Shown: piece after piece, positions 62,092 to 64,000 of the stretch
Numbering within the stretch: the stretch's first letter is position 1
How the letters are laid out: every line of letters starts with the position of its first letter
From: Candidatus Eiseniibacteriota bacterium
GTDB lineage: Bacteria; Eisenbacteria; RBG-16-71-46; CAZEPH01
Reading direction: 5' to 3'
Assembly (NCBI GenBank): GCA_044229145.1
Contig: JBGATO010000004.1
Span: 44,900-108,899 of the forward strand
Length of the DNA: 64,000 bases
Made by a program: the position numbers and the translations under genes
Notes under the pieces: generated by a model
The model's database searches: none
Told to the model about the DNA's origin: nothing
What the model saw: the letters and a program-made list of their open reading frames with translations, nothing else

Positions 62092-62168
62092 GTTGCACCG
62101 GCGGTGTGTACCGCTCGTTCACGTACGGCAACGTGGACTTCTTCATCCTGGACCTGCGATTCCAGCGA
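62092..62168 (+). repeat. 77-bp direct repeat, copy 2 (phoD fragment in an intergenic position)
   Basis: Encodes CTGGVYRSFTYGNVDFFILDLRFQR versus CTGGVYRTFTYGNVDFFILDLRFQR in copy 1. Confidence 0.9.
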
Positions 62169-62210
62169 GCGGACAACCCGTCCACGAACATCATCGAGAG
62201 GTGGGGAGAA

Positions 62211-63950
62211 ATGCTGGGCAGCAAGACGTGTTCGACATTTGCGACGGTGGCCAGTGTGCTGGCGAGCGGATTCACTACGATTGCGGCGGCGCGCGCCAAG
62301 AATCTGTGGCCTGTTGATCCAACAGTGAACGTTCCCATCTGCATTGAGTCTGGCATCGAAGAACTGGAATCGGTTTCCACCGACGGTAGCGGCGGCAGCT
62401 ACATTCTCTGGCGGAGCGAGAGAAAGGGAGGAATCGCGATCCGCGTGCAACACGTCATGGTGAACGGGCGTCTCGCCTGGCCCACGAACGGAGTGCCTAC
62501 TGCTAATATCGACAGGGGGCCGTTTGACGGCCAATTAGTCCCGGACGGCTCGGGCGGCGTGATCGCAACGTGGGCTGACCAGGGGAGTGAGTACACTGCA
62601 ATTCGAGCACAACACCTCGACATGCGAGGCCGCATGCTCTGGAACCCCAACGGCGTCCTCGTTGACTCCACCGCCTACTGGTACCACGCCTTCCACTGCG
62701 CCTCCGACGGCCACGGTGGCATCTTCGTGGTCTGCACCGACGTCCGGGATGACCCGTGGGGCCCCGCCACGCTGTACGCGCAGTGGATCGATTCGGCCGG
62801 ACACGCGCGATGGGGCGTCGGTGGTGTGCCCTTCTGTTCCGCCGTGTCGTTCAAACGCCTGATGGGCGTTGTCGCAGATGGTCACGGTGGATTCATCGCG
62901 CTGTGGGAAGATGAACGGGCGCGCGACTGGCACTACCTGCTCTACGCGCAGCGAATGGACGCGAGTGGGAACGCACTCTGGCAGTCGGACGGTATTCTTG
63001 TGAGCGACCTCCTCAGCGAGGATCGCGATCCCGCTCTTGTGTCCGATGGGGCGGGCGGCGCGATCGCCGCCTGGTCGAGCCTCGGCCCTGGCATCCTTGC
63101 GCAACACATCGACGCATCCGGCACCATGACCTGGGGCGACCCCGGCGTGGACGTGACGGCGGGCAGCTGGACGACGAAGGATCCCGAGGCGATGTCAGAC
63201 GGCGCGGGCGGTGCCATCTTCTCGTGGGTCGATGCGCGCGCGGGATGGTGGACGCCATACGTGCAACATGTCACGGCTGCCGGCGCCACCACGTGGGCGG
63301 CAGGCGGCGTCCTCGCCACTACGACGCCTGGCGGCGAGCTCGCCCGCATCGCGTCCGATGGCCAAGGCGGTGTGCTGGCGTGCTGGTATTCGATCGACGC
63401 CCATATCTGGGCGCAGCGCGTCACACGCGATGGCCATCTCGCGACAGGCTGGCCCGCTGAAGGTGTCGCGATCTCCACGGCGGCGGGAGGACAGGTGTAC
63501 CCCAGGATCGTGGCCGCTCCAGCGGGAGCGATTCTCGCCTGGGCCGATTTCCGGAACAACGGCTTGGCCGACATCTACGCGCAACGCATCGGCATCAGCG
63601 GCGTGCTGGGCGGCGGCGCGGCACCCGTGGAGCGAGTGGATCCCTCCATGCAGATCGCATCCGCCGGTGACGACCGCGCGACACTCGAGATGCAGGTGTA
63701 TGGAGGCAGCCACTGCACCATTGACTATCACCTCCCGCGGAGCGCGCCGGCTTCGCTTCGCGTGTTCGACGTCTCCGGAACGCTCGTATCGACCATCTTC
63801 ACGGAGGAACAGGACGGCGGCGAACATCATCTGACGTGGGAACCCGCGCGCACAGCAAGCAGGCACCCGACGCGCGGGGTTTACACGTTCGTGTTGGAGG
63901 CTGCTGGGCACCGACGGGTGGCACGGGCGGTGGTGATCAACTCTCGGTAG
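62211..63950 (+). CDS. Secreted DGxGG/YAQR-repeat protein with FlgD-like tail, paralog 2
   Basis: ATG after GGGGAG; colinear with 60304-62043 (GQLVPDGSGG, TLYAQW, ARWGVGGVP, DIYAQR, LRVFDVSGTLV). Confidence 0.85.
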   Translation: MLGSKTCSTFATVASVLASGFTTIAAARAKNLWPVDPTVNVPICIESGIEELESVSTDGSGGSYILWRSERKGGIAIRVQHVMVNGRLAWPTNGVPTANIDRGPFDGQLVPDGSGGVIATWADQGSEYTAIRAQHLDMRGRMLWNPNGVLVDSTAYWYHAFHCASDGHGGIFVVCTDVRDDPWGPATLYAQWIDSAGHARWGVGGVPFCSAVSFKRLMGVVADGHGGFIALWEDERARDWHYLLYAQRMDASGNALWQSDGILVSDLLSEDRDPALVSDGAGGAIAAWSSLGPGILAQHIDASGTMTWGDPGVDVTAGSWTTKDPEAMSDGAGGAIFSWVDARAGWWTPYVQHVTAAGATTWAAGGVLATTTPGGELARIASDGQGGVLACWYSIDAHIWAQRVTRDGHLATGWPAEGVAISTAAGGQVYPRIVAAPAGAILAWADFRNNGLADIYAQRIGISGVLGGGAAPVERVDPSMQIASAGDDRATLEMQVYGGSHCTIDYHLPRSAPASLRVFDVSGTLVSTIFTEEQDGGEHHLTWEPARTASRHPTRGVYTFVLEAAGHRRVARAVVINSR

Positions 63951-64000
63951 CCGCGTCACCACGGTGACACGCGAAAAGCCCGCGGACCGGTGGAGGTCCG

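Noticed and set aside
59477..62168. 77-bp repeat pair as a diversity-generating retroelement TR/VR
   Set aside because: The mismatches are not adenine-specific and are mostly synonymous, and there is no reverse transcriptase in the window.

Overview
A 64-kb, very GC-rich bacterial segment. It has no rRNA, tRNA, CRISPR array, integrase or transposase that I can support. Six secreted proteins end in a FlgD/T9SS-type-A-like C-terminal domain and one ends in TWGKIKSIY, which suggests an FCB-group candidate lineage such as Eisenbacteria (inference). Left to right: a partial metallopeptidase/PD40 protein; a UvrD-type helicase with a degenerate PD-(D/E)XK nuclease; a B3/B4 protein; a secreted repeat protein; a DEDDh-WYL fusion; xylFGH divergent from a GH92 mannosidase; arginase and a GNAT; an ABC exporter; a dockerin-like/cohesin-like pair; an NtrC-type sigma54 activator with an atypical receiver; an M28 peptidase; DUF885; OmpA; groESL; NUDIX. 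A large phosphate-starvation cluster follows (phoR-phoB, secreted protein, TonB receptor, second phoB, phosphate porin, pstSCAB) with 11-bp-phased Pho-box-like repeats. Then come a Met-zincin protease, a murC-like gene, orn, and a lower-GC block with a frameshifted phoD-like gene and three paralogous secreted repeat proteins. The best candidate for an undescribed system lies inside the Pho cluster: a consensus sigma54 promoter upstream of a small secreted pre-peptide gene that is coupled to a TPR-(dead AAA+)-HTH regulator, resembling an RRNPP-like peptide-signalling module wired to sigma54.
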